Below are positions 19,216 through 28,488 of a DNA stretch of 64,000 nucleotides, in pieces. The DNA is from Bdellovibrionota bacterium FG-1. Its GTDB lineage: Bacteria; Bdellovibrionota; UBA1018. Position numbers and translations under genes: made by a program. Where the stretch lies: the NCBI GenBank assembly GCA_051382295.1, contig JBBCAW010000012.1, forward strand, positions 96,001 through 160,000. The letters are read 5' to 3'. The first letter of the stretch is position 1. The number at the start of each line of letters is the position of its first letter. A model generated the notes under the pieces. It saw nothing but the letters and a program-made list of their open reading frames with translations. It did no database searches and was not told where the DNA came from.

Positions 19216-20132
19216 TCGTTTGCTCGCATTCGAGGATCGATCCAGCCGTAAGCGAGGTCCACCAGGAGGTTAGACGATAGCAATACTATGCCATAGACCA
19301 GCGTAACCCCCATGACTAATGGATAGTCTCGATTGACGACGGCTTGGACAAAATGTTTTCCGAGGCCTGGAATTTGAAAAACGATTTCCACTAAAAAAGA
19401 TCCCGTGACGAGATTGGCCGCCACAGGGCCTAAGACCGTGATGACTGGAATGAGCGAATTTTTAAGGGCATGTTTAAAGATCACCTGTGTCTGCGAGAGC
19501 CCTTTGCTATAGGCGGTGCGAATATAGTCCGCCTGCAACGCTTCGAGCATCGAAGCCCGGGTGAGTCGGGCTATCATCGATAAGGGGCGACAGCCCAAGG
19601 CGATTGTCGGAAGCACCCAGGAGCTCGGTCCCTCCCAAAGCGCGGGAGGAAGCCAATGAAGCCAGAGTGAAAACACCAAAATCAAAAGGCTTGCGACCAA
19701 ATAGCTCGGCAGACTGACTCCCGCTACAGCCACGAAGACCGCCGAAGCGTCGATCCAGCTCCCTCTCTTGGCGGCGGCAATGGCTCCTAGCGGAATACCT
19801 AAGACAGCTGCGAACACGAGCGAAATAATTCCTAGAAAAACCGAGGTGGGAAGAGCCTCGCTAATGATGTCCGCCACAGGTCGCCCAACGTATTGGAAGG
19901 ATTCGCGCAAATCGCCGCGTAAAACGTCCTTCAGCCAGTGTCCATATTGAACAGCTAGCGGCTGATCAAGCTCGTATTTGTGTTGGATGTTGGCTTGAAT
20001 TTCTGGTGGCCAGACTCGCTCCGAATCAAAGGGCCCTCCTGGGGCCAAACGCAGCAAAAAGAAGGTCAGCGTGCAAAGTAAAAACAGCGTGGGGATTGCT
20101 CCTAATATCCGGCGAGCCGCGTAGATCAACAT
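19212..20132 (-). CDS. oppB: Oligopeptide-type ABC transporter permease
   Basis: RLAPGGPF, YIRTAYSKGL, KHALKNSLIP, NRDYPLVMG; start MLIYAARR at 20132. Confidence 0.9.
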   Translation of the reverse strand: MLIYAARRILGAIPTLFLLCTLTFFLLRLAPGGPFDSERVWPPEIQANIQHKYELDQPLAVQYGHWLKDVLRGDLRESFQYVGRPVADIISEALPTSVFLGIISLVFAAVLGIPLGAIAAAKRGSWIDASAVFVAVAGVSLPSYLVASLLILVFSLWLHWLPPALWEGPSSWVLPTIALGCRPLSMIARLTRASMLEALQADYIRTAYSKGLSQTQVIFKHALKNSLIPVITVLGPVAANLVTGSFLVEIVFQIPGLGKHFVQAVVNRDYPLVMGVTLVYGIVLLSSNLLVDLAYGWIDPRMRANE

Positions 20133-21001
20133 TGAGGATATTGTACCCATCCTGTTGAAATTGGAAATCCAGTAGGCATTTTTGCGCATCGATGGTTGTC
20201 CGCCAAAAGAGCGGTATAGGCACAAAGAAAAGCGTCAAATGCCGGTAAACTTTGGGATAATTTTCTGATGTCGCGTTCGTAAATAAAAATGTCGTGCCGT
20301 TTTGAGAGCGTCTCTAAGATTTGTTCTCGAGCGTGGCTTCCTTCCTCGAGCCGCCGATAGCTTTCAATCACCCGGCGCGATAATTCAAGTTCAAGGGCTA
20401 GAAGGGCGAGAGTCAGTTTGGGCCACACTTCATATAACGGAAAGGGGCCCAAATGGTGCCGAAGAAAATGCATCCGAGCGGTCAACGGGGCTTTGGTTCC
20501 TCCCAAGGTTTCATCGATCTCAAATCGATGAGAGAGGGGAAGTTTAGGCAAAACATGATAACGGATCCAAAGTTCGACGGGCCGTTGCGTGTAAGGCGTA
20601 AACTCCAGTACTCGGACGCGATCTCCCTCTTTTCGGAAGGTCTTGGCGGCTTTGCGGGCCGTTTCCCGCATCCACTTGACACTGGGGACCGTACAATGGG
20701 CGGGCTGTGGGCAATTTTTTCGAGTACAGGAAATACAAGGAGGAAGAGCTAAGGGAGCATTGATCCCAACACGTACAGTTTTGGGCTCCTGGGCGCCTGC
20801 TAGTTCGTTCATGAGTTCGACAAGCGCCTCATCGCCCGCGGTGATCATATTTTGATGCGCACCATGGGTGGTGAGGCGATCGTAAATATCGAGGAGAAAC
20901 ACCTTGTTTTCTTTGGGAAAATATTCAAGTGCGGCAAGCGCGGTCTTTTGGTTTTTTGCCCCGGCGAGTTCAATTCCGAGATAGTGGCGTGTTTCACCCA
21001 C
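20126..21001 (-). CDS. DUF429-like (RNase H-fold, predicted nuclease) protein
   Basis: YLGIELAG..TALA, GINAPLALP, YEVWP, FDAFLCAYTA pattern; Cys-rich insert. Confidence 0.65.
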   Translation of the reverse strand: MGETRHYLGIELAGAKNQKTALAALEYFPKENKVFLLDIYDRLTTHGAHQNMITAGDEALVELMNELAGAQEPKTVRVGINAPLALPPCISCTRKNCPQPAHCTVPSVKWMRETARKAAKTFRKEGDRVRVLEFTPYTQRPVELWIRYHVLPKLPLSHRFEIDETLGGTKAPLTARMHFLRHHLGPFPLYEVWPKLTLALLALELELSRRVIESYRRLEEGSHAREQILETLSKRHDIFIYERDIRKLSQSLPAFDAFLCAYTALLADNHRCAKMPTGFPISTGWVQYPQC

Positions 21002-22127
21002 GGCTGATCAGAACCTCAAGGCCGCGTGGCACGGCGTGAAAGGGAAGAAGCTTGATTCCCTGTTGCGCGAACGCTTCTTGAGTTTGGGTTTTGATGGCTT
21101 CCGCGCGTTCTCCCAGAACGTCATCTAGATAAACAAAAAAGCAGCCGCCGCCGCCTGCTCCGCAAACTTTTCCGGAAATGGGAGAGATTTTCTGTGCAGC
21201 TTCAAAGGCTCGTTCCATTTCTAAAGTGGTAATTCCCGGTGCAAGCGTCTTACGGACCGCCCATTCTTCCGCGATCGCCACCCCCGCATCGTGCCAATTT
21301 CGAGTCATCAGCGCGGTTTCGAGGTGTTGGGTGGCTTTCACAATTTGGCCAAATTTAGTACGTACGCCGCCTTGCCCACGGTCATCAATAAAACTCTTAA
21401 AGAGCATCCAGTTGTTAATTCCTGAATTACGCGATTGGCCGGAGTAAAACAGCAAGATATGTTTTTCGAGATCCGCCAAAATTCCTTCGGGTAACCAAAC
21501 TCGTTCGTGTTGGCCTGCGCGCCATCTGAGGGATTGGAGACCTCCGAACATCGCGCCATAATAGTCTTGAATGCCGGCCGGAACCTGGATCACCGTGGTT
21601 TCGATATCCCGCACGATTTCGATGAGTTTTTCACCATCGCGCAAAATATCCAGGGTTTCTCGTTGGGTTCCTTCTCGGGCCCAACCTGCCAGCGCGCCCG
21701 CCATGGCGATGCTTAAAGTGGATGAGCCACCTAGGCCGGCCCCCGCAGGACTGCGGGCGCGTGAGCTGAGGGTCAGGTCAAAACCTAGGTTCTTGCGACC
21801 CGCCTGTTCTAATCGTTCACGGGCAAAATAGCGCAGAAGCTTGAGGTGAAGTTCAAGCGGAGCGGGCGCGGTGGCGGTGTCAAGCTCAGCCCAACCCATT
21901 TTGAGCGAGTGGCCTTGATCATCTGAGCGAAGGTGTACCGTACCCTTGTTCGGATCGGTTGTGGGGGTAATTTCCAGGGTTGTCTCGGCATAAAGATCGA
22001 TCCCCAGGTTGAGAGTAACGGGCTGCTCAAGAAAGAGATAGAGCGGCCATAAATCAACGGTCCCCCCGGCTAAGTCAATTCGGGTCGGCGCTTGAGCGTC
22101 AATTCTGAGTGGACGCTCAATGCTCAT
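20994..22127 (-). CDS. GHMP-family sugar kinase (HddA / heptose-7-phosphate kinase-like)
   Basis: APTRIDLAGGTVD, PAGAGLGGSS, GIQDYYGAMFGG, KVCGAGGGGC. Confidence 0.8.
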   Translation of the reverse strand: MSIERPLRIDAQAPTRIDLAGGTVDLWPLYLFLEQPVTLNLGIDLYAETTLEITPTTDPNKGTVHLRSDDQGHSLKMGWAELDTATAPAPLELHLKLLRYFARERLEQAGRKNLGFDLTLSSRARSPAGAGLGGSSTLSIAMAGALAGWAREGTQRETLDILRDGEKLIEIVRDIETTVIQVPAGIQDYYGAMFGGLQSLRWRAGQHERVWLPEGILADLEKHILLFYSGQSRNSGINNWMLFKSFIDDRGQGGVRTKFGQIVKATQHLETALMTRNWHDAGVAIAEEWAVRKTLAPGITTLEMERAFEAAQKISPISGKVCGAGGGGCFFVYLDDVLGERAEAIKTQTQEAFAQQGIKLLPFHAVPRGLEVLISRG

Positions 22128-22668
22128 GCTCGATATATCCGATATAGGGCAGCCCGCGAAACTTGCCTGCGTAATCTAGTCCGTAGCCTACGACAAACTC
22201 GTTGCCAATTTTAAAGCCCATATAGTCGACATCGACCTGCGTTTTGAGGGCGTCGGGCTTGAACAGCAGTGAGCAGGCCTTGATGGAAGCTGGTTTACGG
22301 GCTTTAAAGAGATCTAAAATATAGCTTAATGTCAGACCTGAATCGACAATATCTTCGAAAATGATCACATGTTTGCCTTCAAGCGGCTCGTTGATGTCGA
22401 GGGTGATTTTGACTTCGCCGGAGGATACCGTTTTGCCGCCATAGCTTGAACAAGCAAGAAATTCGCAGGTCAAGGGTACATCGATGTGACGGATGATGTC
22501 GGCAAAAAAGATAAAGCTTCCTTTGAGAATACAGACTGCGACGACTTGTTTGCCCCGGTAGTCCTGATTGAGTTCTTGGGCAAGCTCGGCGATTCGCGCC
22601 TGAAGTTTGACTTCAGGAATGAGCATTTTTGGTTTTTGATTGAGCATTGGATCATCAGACATAGGCAT
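22117..22668 (-). CDS. hpt: Hypoxanthine phosphoribosyltransferase
   Basis: ILKGSFIFFAD, VIIFEDIVDSGLTL PRPP loop, FVVGYGLDY..FRGLPYI. Confidence 0.95.
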   Translation of the reverse strand: MPMSDDPMLNQKPKMLIPEVKLQARIAELAQELNQDYRGKQVVAVCILKGSFIFFADIIRHIDVPLTCEFLACSSYGGKTVSSGEVKITLDINEPLEGKHVIIFEDIVDSGLTLSYILDLFKARKPASIKACSLLFKPDALKTQVDVDYMGFKIGNEFVVGYGLDYAGKFRGLPYIGYIEHEH

Positions 22669-23479
22669 TATTCATGATCTCCCCGAAGCCACCGCCCCCT
22701 GGGACGATGTAGTGTTTTTCATTTAAGCCTTTTTCACGGTTCCAATGAGTACCCGGAACCGTGTCGAGGATTTCTGAAGAGGACAAGCCGCGGTCTAGCC
22801 GGAGGGCGTAGACAATGAGGTCTGGGTGGGTGGCCTGCACATGTTTTAAGTACTCCGGTGTAACGATACAGTGGAGCGCAACATATTGTAGGGCTTGCCC
22901 AGGGCGGGCTTTATAAATTCGAACCGCTTCGGCCAGGGTGCCGCCGGTAGCGCCCATGGGGTCCGGAAAAAGCACAATCGCACGATCGACGTCGCCCCCA
23001 ATTTTATGTCCAGAAACGTGAGAGCCGGTGACTTGATCTTGGTCATCGGTGGTGCGACCGATGCTGATGTGGTCTTGTCTGACAGTTTTTGGATTCATGA
23101 AATAATTCAGAGCAGTGTAGCAGATATGTGAAGGTAAGGTGCCAGCGCGAGCCAAGTTGACCGTGACCACGGGAGTGTCTGGATCGATAATAGGCCCTTG
23201 AAAGACGCCTTCAGCGTGGTGCTGGGCCATCCGAGTTCGGATGGCTGCCCGCCGAGTCGGGAATTCGTGGTTGACCACCGTTTCTAGGAGCGATGAATAA
23301 AGCGTCGTCACTAGCTCGTTGATGACGGGTTGGTAGGTGTCTTCAGCGCAAAGGCGGGCGAGATGGGAGAGTAGAAAAGGGTCAGAAAGTAGGTGAACAC
23401 GGGGTCCATACCGATGGTCCATCTCTGAAAGCCGGTAGTTGACGTGATGAAACTGCGAGTCGGCGTGCACCGTTTTCAT
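22655..23479 (-). CDS. upp: Uracil phosphoribosyltransferase (divergent, long form)
   Basis: LARAG, LFPDPMGATGGT PRPP loop, LNEKHYIVPGGGGFGE C-terminal UPRT motif. Confidence 0.85.
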   Translation of the reverse strand: MKTVHADSQFHHVNYRLSEMDHRYGPRVHLLSDPFLLSHLARLCAEDTYQPVINELVTTLYSSLLETVVNHEFPTRRAAIRTRMAQHHAEGVFQGPIIDPDTPVVTVNLARAGTLPSHICYTALNYFMNPKTVRQDHISIGRTTDDQDQVTGSHVSGHKIGGDVDRAIVLFPDPMGATGGTLAEAVRIYKARPGQALQYVALHCIVTPEYLKHVQATHPDLIVYALRLDRGLSSSEILDTVPGTHWNREKGLNEKHYIVPGGGGFGEIMNNAYV

Positions 23480-24132
23480 CCTACGTTTCCTTTTTTAGCG
23501 GGTTTGAGGTCGGCATTGGCCATCGGCAGACCGAGTTCAGGCTGATCCAGCCCTTCTTCGGATTCATGGGGCTCATGACAGAAGCGACAACGGGCTTCAT
23601 ACATGTCCTTGGCTCCGACCACAACACGAGCGTTGGACAGGCCCTTGGGCGCAGCGATGCGTTGGGTTCGTGAAGCAGGGCCGCCACAAACGACGCAAAC
23701 CGCCTGAAGCTTGGTCACCTGTTCGGCGATTGCTAGGATCTTAGGCATGGGACCAAAGGGTTGGCCTCGAAAATCCATGTCCAATCCGGCGAGAATGACT
23801 CGCATTCCCCGATAGGCCAGCTTTTGGGCCACTTCGATGACAGAGTCATCAAAAAACTGGGCCTCGTCAATCCCGACCACGCGGGTATTATCTTCGACGA
23901 ACTTAAGAATATCTCGCGCCTTTTCGACAGGTCTTGAAAGAATTCGATTCGCGTCATGACTTTGCACATGTTCGACACTATATCGATCATCGATAATAGG
24001 TTTAAAAATCTGAACTTTTTGCCGGCCGATTTGCGCACGCTTGACCCGGCGAAGCAGTTCTTCCGTCTTGCCGCTGTACATGCTTCCACAAACGACTTCT
24101 ATAAATCCATGTAAAGTCCGATGGTACACCAC
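23476..24132 (-). CDS. tdk: Thymidine kinase
   Basis: GSMYSGKTEEL, GIDEAQFF, AGLDMDFRGQPF, CVVC..YEARCRFCH. Confidence 0.96.
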   Translation of the reverse strand: MVYHRTLHGFIEVVCGSMYSGKTEELLRRVKRAQIGRQKVQIFKPIIDDRYSVEHVQSHDANRILSRPVEKARDILKFVEDNTRVVGIDEAQFFDDSVIEVAQKLAYRGMRVILAGLDMDFRGQPFGPMPKILAIAEQVTKLQAVCVVCGGPASRTQRIAAPKGLSNARVVVGAKDMYEARCRFCHEPHESEEGLDQPELGLPMANADLKPAKKGNVG

Positions 24133-24227
24133 TTACTCCCCGTTGCGCGCTCACGCGCGATCCACACCAATGGCTTTTCTGGGGCATATCATTTGGGGCG
24201 AAAAAATACTAACTCCAGTTGGGGTCT

Positions 24228-24758
24228 TTATTTCTTTGAAAAGAGGAGAAATTCCCCTTCTCTGATTAAATGACTCAAGAATCCATCATCCATCCCTCGG
24301 CAGCCTTTGACTGTTTCGGTATTTGCTCCCGTGCGTAGGGTCACCGTAAATGGGGATCGGCACATCTCAGGGCGAGGATCTTCGAGGGAGGCTGTGTGTT
24401 CGGCTGGATTTCGGTGTGGACTCTGAATAAACTGAGTGGCTTTGGTGAAAAAGTCCTCGTAACGCTTTCCGTCAATTGAGGTTTCTTTCAGGATTTGTCG
24501 ATCCAAATAAGTTTGCGCCATGCAGGATTCGTTCTTTGCTTTTGCCACAAAACGCCGGTGGCTGTGCCCGAGGACATAGTGGATCTCGACACTACTATCT
24601 GAAAGTGCTGGTTGTTGAAGGGCGACTCTTTGTTGTTCATGAGTTCCTTGTTTTGGCACCGAGGAGCAGGCTGTCCCCCAGTAGGGCAGGGTACCGAGTT
24701 CAAATACCATGAGGATGTGACAGACTTGGGAGATGAGGGTACGAGGCTGTGTGCTCAT
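24228..24758 (-). CDS. Hypothetical (possible lipoprotein)
   Basis: 176-aa ORF, GTA-C lipobox-like segment, ATGA overlap with the upstream gene. Confidence 0.55.
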   Translation of the reverse strand: MSTQPRTLISQVCHILMVFELGTLPYWGTACSSVPKQGTHEQQRVALQQPALSDSSVEIHYVLGHSHRRFVAKAKNESCMAQTYLDRQILKETSIDGKRYEDFFTKATQFIQSPHRNPAEHTASLEDPRPEMCRSPFTVTLRTGANTETVKGCRGMDDGFLSHLIREGEFLLFSKK

Positions 24759-25879
24759 AGATGCCTTCCAGGATTAAAATTAAAATCACAATAGGGGAAT
24801 TCTCGGGCGGGTGCCCGGACTGAAAGCGAAGTTGGGCCACACTGAAGGACGTCACGAACCTCTGGATTTTGTCCAAAAATTCGCTCGATTCGAATTTCGG
24901 GAGAGGGGTGGTGTTGAAGGTCGAACTCGTCATCTTCGTCCTGCTCGCAAAGATCTCGCACAGCATTGGTGGCGGCATTGAGAATTTGCCCCCCATGAAA
25001 CTCAGTTGCAAACGATTTCAGGGCTTCCCCAACAACTTGGACTGCCATCCAGTCGGCAAAGGTTTCCGAAAGTTGGTCGTTCTCGGCGCATTCACGACGA
25101 TTGGGAGGGGTAGTAATCAAGCCAGTACGGATAAAACAGGTCGAAATTCGGTCATAAGCGGGTATCTTGATCTGCGCGCTGCGGAGCTCACACGGGTCGA
25201 TGGAGTGGGCGAACTCATGGGCAAGAGTGAAAATGATATTGAATCGGCTCTTGGCATTGAGGACGTATGCACCACCGACACGCATGCGTAATTTTCCATC
25301 GCGCGTCCGTTCATAATAAACATCATTTTTAGTAAACAAATCAGGCTCATCTGAATAGACAGAGACGGGAGGCGGGAGTTGAAGTTCCGTTTTTCGGAGA
25401 CGTGTCTTGAGCTTCATTTTTTGAGAATTCGTAAAGACGTTGTAAGGTTGGCGGTCAATAAAACGTTCAATGGTGCCACGTACCCACTGATAGGTGTTTT
25501 CGATTCGCGCACGGCGCTTGGGCGTAAAAATGGTGCGTACCAATTCTTCGTCCACTTGGTCGCTGGCCCAGTCAGGGTGCAGGTGGATGATCTCTTCATA
25601 GGTTCGGAGCGCCTGTAATTCGCCATCCGCATCAGGGTGAACGGCCCCCGTAGGGTCGCGCGTTTCACCGCGTTTTCCGCAAATATTGCGGTAAAGTTGA
25701 CTGCAAAAGGCGTGGGATCCGGTGAGCGGTTTGGTAGCGGGCGAAGGCGGGGCGAGGACGGGATCAGTTTCGTGGATTGGGTTGGGCGTGCGAAACGAAG
25801 GGACAAAATAAGAGAGGGGGGCTGCCAATAAGATGAGCCCGAGGAGCAGCTTCAGTTTTTTTGAAATCGTTTTATCCAT
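24755..25879 (-). CDS. Membrane-anchored zinc metallopeptidase (gluzincin, M13-like)
   Basis: N-terminal TM; LAHEFAHSID (HExxH), ETFAD third ligand, HPSPEIRI. Confidence 0.7.
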   Translation of the reverse strand: MDKTISKKLKLLLGLILLAAPLSYFVPSFRTPNPIHETDPVLAPPSPATKPLTGSHAFCSQLYRNICGKRGETRDPTGAVHPDADGELQALRTYEEIIHLHPDWASDQVDEELVRTIFTPKRRARIENTYQWVRGTIERFIDRQPYNVFTNSQKMKLKTRLRKTELQLPPPVSVYSDEPDLFTKNDVYYERTRDGKLRMRVGGAYVLNAKSRFNIIFTLAHEFAHSIDPCELRSAQIKIPAYDRISTCFIRTGLITTPPNRRECAENDQLSETFADWMAVQVVGEALKSFATEFHGGQILNAATNAVRDLCEQDEDDEFDLQHHPSPEIRIERIFGQNPEVRDVLQCGPTSLSVRAPAREFPYCDFNFNPGRHL

Positions 25880-25957
25880 CCCCGTCCTATGCCTTATTAT
25901 CGTCAAAATACGGCGAGGGTGGAAGAGATTTATTTAATTCATTGTATGTAGTAAATG

Positions 25958-25975
25958 ATGTCAAATAAATGACAT
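25958..25975. promoter_or_regulatory. TGTCA-N6-TGACA palindrome (CRP/FNR-family-like site)
   Basis: ATGTCA-AATAAA-TGACAT in the intergenic gap about 80 nt upstream of the peptidase; same motif at 36496. Confidence 0.5.
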
Positions 25976-25982
25976 TTTTATG

Positions 25983-26777
25983 TCAAAATACGGACGCAAA
26001 CATTTTGAGCAGGGCCAAGCCAAACACCAAGAAAATCAGGCCGATCAAAAAGAGCACTAAAAACTGAGGAAACAAGGCGATCAACATGGCCCGTCCCGAG
26101 CTCACTCGGTAGACTTCCTTGGCGCCGATCACGGTCACGGCAAGAATATAAAATCCCGAAATGACTCCGCCCAAGAGTGGAAGAGCGGCTAAAATTGAAG
26201 GAGTAAGGCCATAACAAATCACGCGAACGGCCGATTCAAAGGTGATTTCACGAGGGGCCTGATTTTTGCCCGGGGTGACGAGGATTCGTGCGCCCAAGTA
26301 GATCCAAAATGAAATAAAGAGAATTCTGGCTAAGGTGAGGAATGGATCCGCGATCACCGAGCCAGCGCCCCAGACCCAGTGCTGGATCCGCTCGCTCATT
26401 TCAAAAAGCTGCGCGGTTCGCCCCGGATGGTCGACTTCCGCGACATCGCCAGCCATCTGAATGATTTGATTGACGTACGATCCGATAGCGCCGCCGAGAA
26501 GTGAATTCCAAATGAAGGTAACCGACGCTCCAATCCAATGGACTACCAGCGCGAAAGCCAAAGGCCCGGCGAGCCCCCCTCGAACGGGCATCTGCCGAAA
26601 AAACTCCGTCGGACGAGTGAGGATTTGCCAAAGGCGCCCCCAGAATGCGCCAATAAGGGCTGGTCCCGATGGCGTTGCCCCGAACTCGCCGTCGAATCTC
26701 TCGCCGCAGTTTGGGCAAAAGGAAGGCTTGAGCGAGGGGTCTGAGAACTGTAGGCCACAATTAGGACACGACGTCAT
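25983..26777 (-). CDS. Zinc-ribbon + Yip1-family membrane protein
   Basis: CPNCG..FCPNCG, ILTRPTEFF, multiple TM helices. Confidence 0.8.
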   Translation of the reverse strand: MTSCPNCGLQFSDPSLKPSFCPNCGERFDGEFGATPSGPALIGAFWGRLWQILTRPTEFFRQMPVRGGLAGPLAFALVVHWIGASVTFIWNSLLGGAIGSYVNQIIQMAGDVAEVDHPGRTAQLFEMSERIQHWVWGAGSVIADPFLTLARILFISFWIYLGARILVTPGKNQAPREITFESAVRVICYGLTPSILAALPLLGGVISGFYILAVTVIGAKEVYRVSSGRAMLIALFPQFLVLFLIGLIFLVFGLALLKMFASVF

Positions 26778-26805
26778 GATAGATTCTCCTCGGGCAGGGC
26801 CGAGG

Positions 26806-28461
26806 TTACTTCTTTTTGATGGGTTCTGGAACCGGAATTAATGGTTTACCTGGTTCAGGCGGAGCGCCAGCGGCCCCGGATAGGGGATTTGGAGCTTGGG
26901 GCAGAGAAGGCATGCCCGTAGGGAGTCCAGCTGGCGTCTCTTTTTTGATAAAGTAATCGCGGGTTCGCGGAAGCTCGTTTTCGATGACCGGATCAATGAT
27001 GAAGACTTCTTTCTTTTGAGAACTGAGGTCTCTTGCGTAGAGCTTGCCTCCATTTTTCCAGAAAACGAGTTGTCGCTTGCTGCCGCCTTTTTCGTCCGCA
27101 AATTTGATCGTTGTACCATCGGCCTCGCCGGGTGGAATCGAGGTGGTGAAGTCCTGAATGCGATTTCCAGAGATGCGATCCAAAAAGTTTTGAACTTTGT
27201 CGTTATTGGGTTCAGTCTTCTCGCCCTCGATTGACCATTTGCCATCCTGATTTTTGAGGACTAAAGGAGTATTTCCGAGCGCTTTGCTCGTAAATTCGAC
27301 TCGCTTCGCCCCAAATCGCTCCATTGACGTCAGGAGTTTAGCGAGCCGGAAGCTCTTGAATTCCTTGTCCAAGCGTTCAATCGAATTTGCGTCTAACTCG
27401 TATACCGGGTCGAGGGTGGAGACTGTGGCATAAAGCTTTGTGGTGGGTAATGGCTTTGCATTGGCCGCCTTTTTAGCCGAAGTTTCGCTTTTTTGAAAAA
27501 GAGTCAAGGTGACCGGAGCGGGCGCTTCTTTAGCGGTTCCCTTCTCGGGCCGAAGGGTCAGGCTCAAGGCCTTTTTTGCACCTTTGAGGGCCAATTGTGC
27601 CTTGGGGTCAGTCTGGGTGTCTGCGACGAAACTCTTGGCTGTCAAATAGGTTGCGGCGGTGAGGACATTATCAATACCTTCAATATCACCAGGGAATTCC
27701 TCGGTTTTGCCAATCAGATTGAGAGTCCATTGTCCGTTTTTGCGAACACCATGAATTTTTGTCTTAGAACCTAACAGCGTGAACTCATCAATTTCGTGGG
27801 CTGAAACGGTCATGAGTTTTTTGTCGCGCCAATAGTTCAGGTCGTGATCAAAGTTGCTCTTGAAGTAATTGGGTACTAGATACACCTTGGTCTCGTCGAC
27901 CTTGCCGGTAGGTTTCTGACCCGCTCCCACGGTTTCGGCTACGGCAAAAATAGTTTCTCCGATCGGGTGATTGAGACCGAGATACAAAACGGTTGCCCCG
28001 TTCGGGGTGGCTACTTCAATTTTTTTGATCGAGGTCTGCGCCCGCGAGGGAGCATCCAGGCCGTATTCCTTCAGTAGCGCTGAACGTTTCTCGGGTGTTT
28101 CTTCTTTGAGTTCGATGACTTCACTGGAGGTGAGATTATTCAGTGCCGAAATCAAAGCATTGGCATTGGCTTCGTCCGCTTTGAGCTTCAGTGGCTGGGT
28201 GAGTTCCCATTTGGAGTGATCCCCAGGTTTGCATAGCGCCGCGTTTTGCTCCGAGCATCGGACTTCGTAGGTGTGACCTATTCCATCCTGAAGGGCAACA
28301 GAATTAACTCTAAGGTCTTTGAGGTTAAAGAGTTTTTTATTCTGCTCTTCGCGAGATTCCTTCTCGGGCCTGTGCTTGTATTCAAGCCAATAAGTAGCGG
28401 AGCCCAGGGTGAACAGGGCACCGGCTAGAATAGCTTGTTTGGTCCAATTGACTTGTGCCAT
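26806..28461 (-). CDS. DUF4340-domain periplasmic protein
   Basis: N-terminal TM, WELTQPLKLKAD, YGLDAP, WRDKKL repeated units; typical position downstream of GldG. Confidence 0.75.
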   Translation of the reverse strand: MAQVNWTKQAILAGALFTLGSATYWLEYKHRPEKESREEQNKKLFNLKDLRVNSVALQDGIGHTYEVRCSEQNAALCKPGDHSKWELTQPLKLKADEANANALISALNNLTSSEVIELKEETPEKRSALLKEYGLDAPSRAQTSIKKIEVATPNGATVLYLGLNHPIGETIFAVAETVGAGQKPTGKVDETKVYLVPNYFKSNFDHDLNYWRDKKLMTVSAHEIDEFTLLGSKTKIHGVRKNGQWTLNLIGKTEEFPGDIEGIDNVLTAATYLTAKSFVADTQTDPKAQLALKGAKKALSLTLRPEKGTAKEAPAPVTLTLFQKSETSAKKAANAKPLPTTKLYATVSTLDPVYELDANSIERLDKEFKSFRLAKLLTSMERFGAKRVEFTSKALGNTPLVLKNQDGKWSIEGEKTEPNNDKVQNFLDRISGNRIQDFTTSIPPGEADGTTIKFADEKGGSKRQLVFWKNGGKLYARDLSSQKKEVFIIDPVIENELPRTRDYFIKKETPAGLPTGMPSLPQAPNPLSGAAGAPPEPGKPLIPVPEPIKKK

Positions 28462-28488
28462 TTGTCACCGCCTTTTTTTACTAAAATC

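Noticed and set aside
24133..24227. Purine or other riboswitch upstream of tdk
   Set aside because: Only 95 nt, with a short GC hairpin and no recognisable aptamer consensus.
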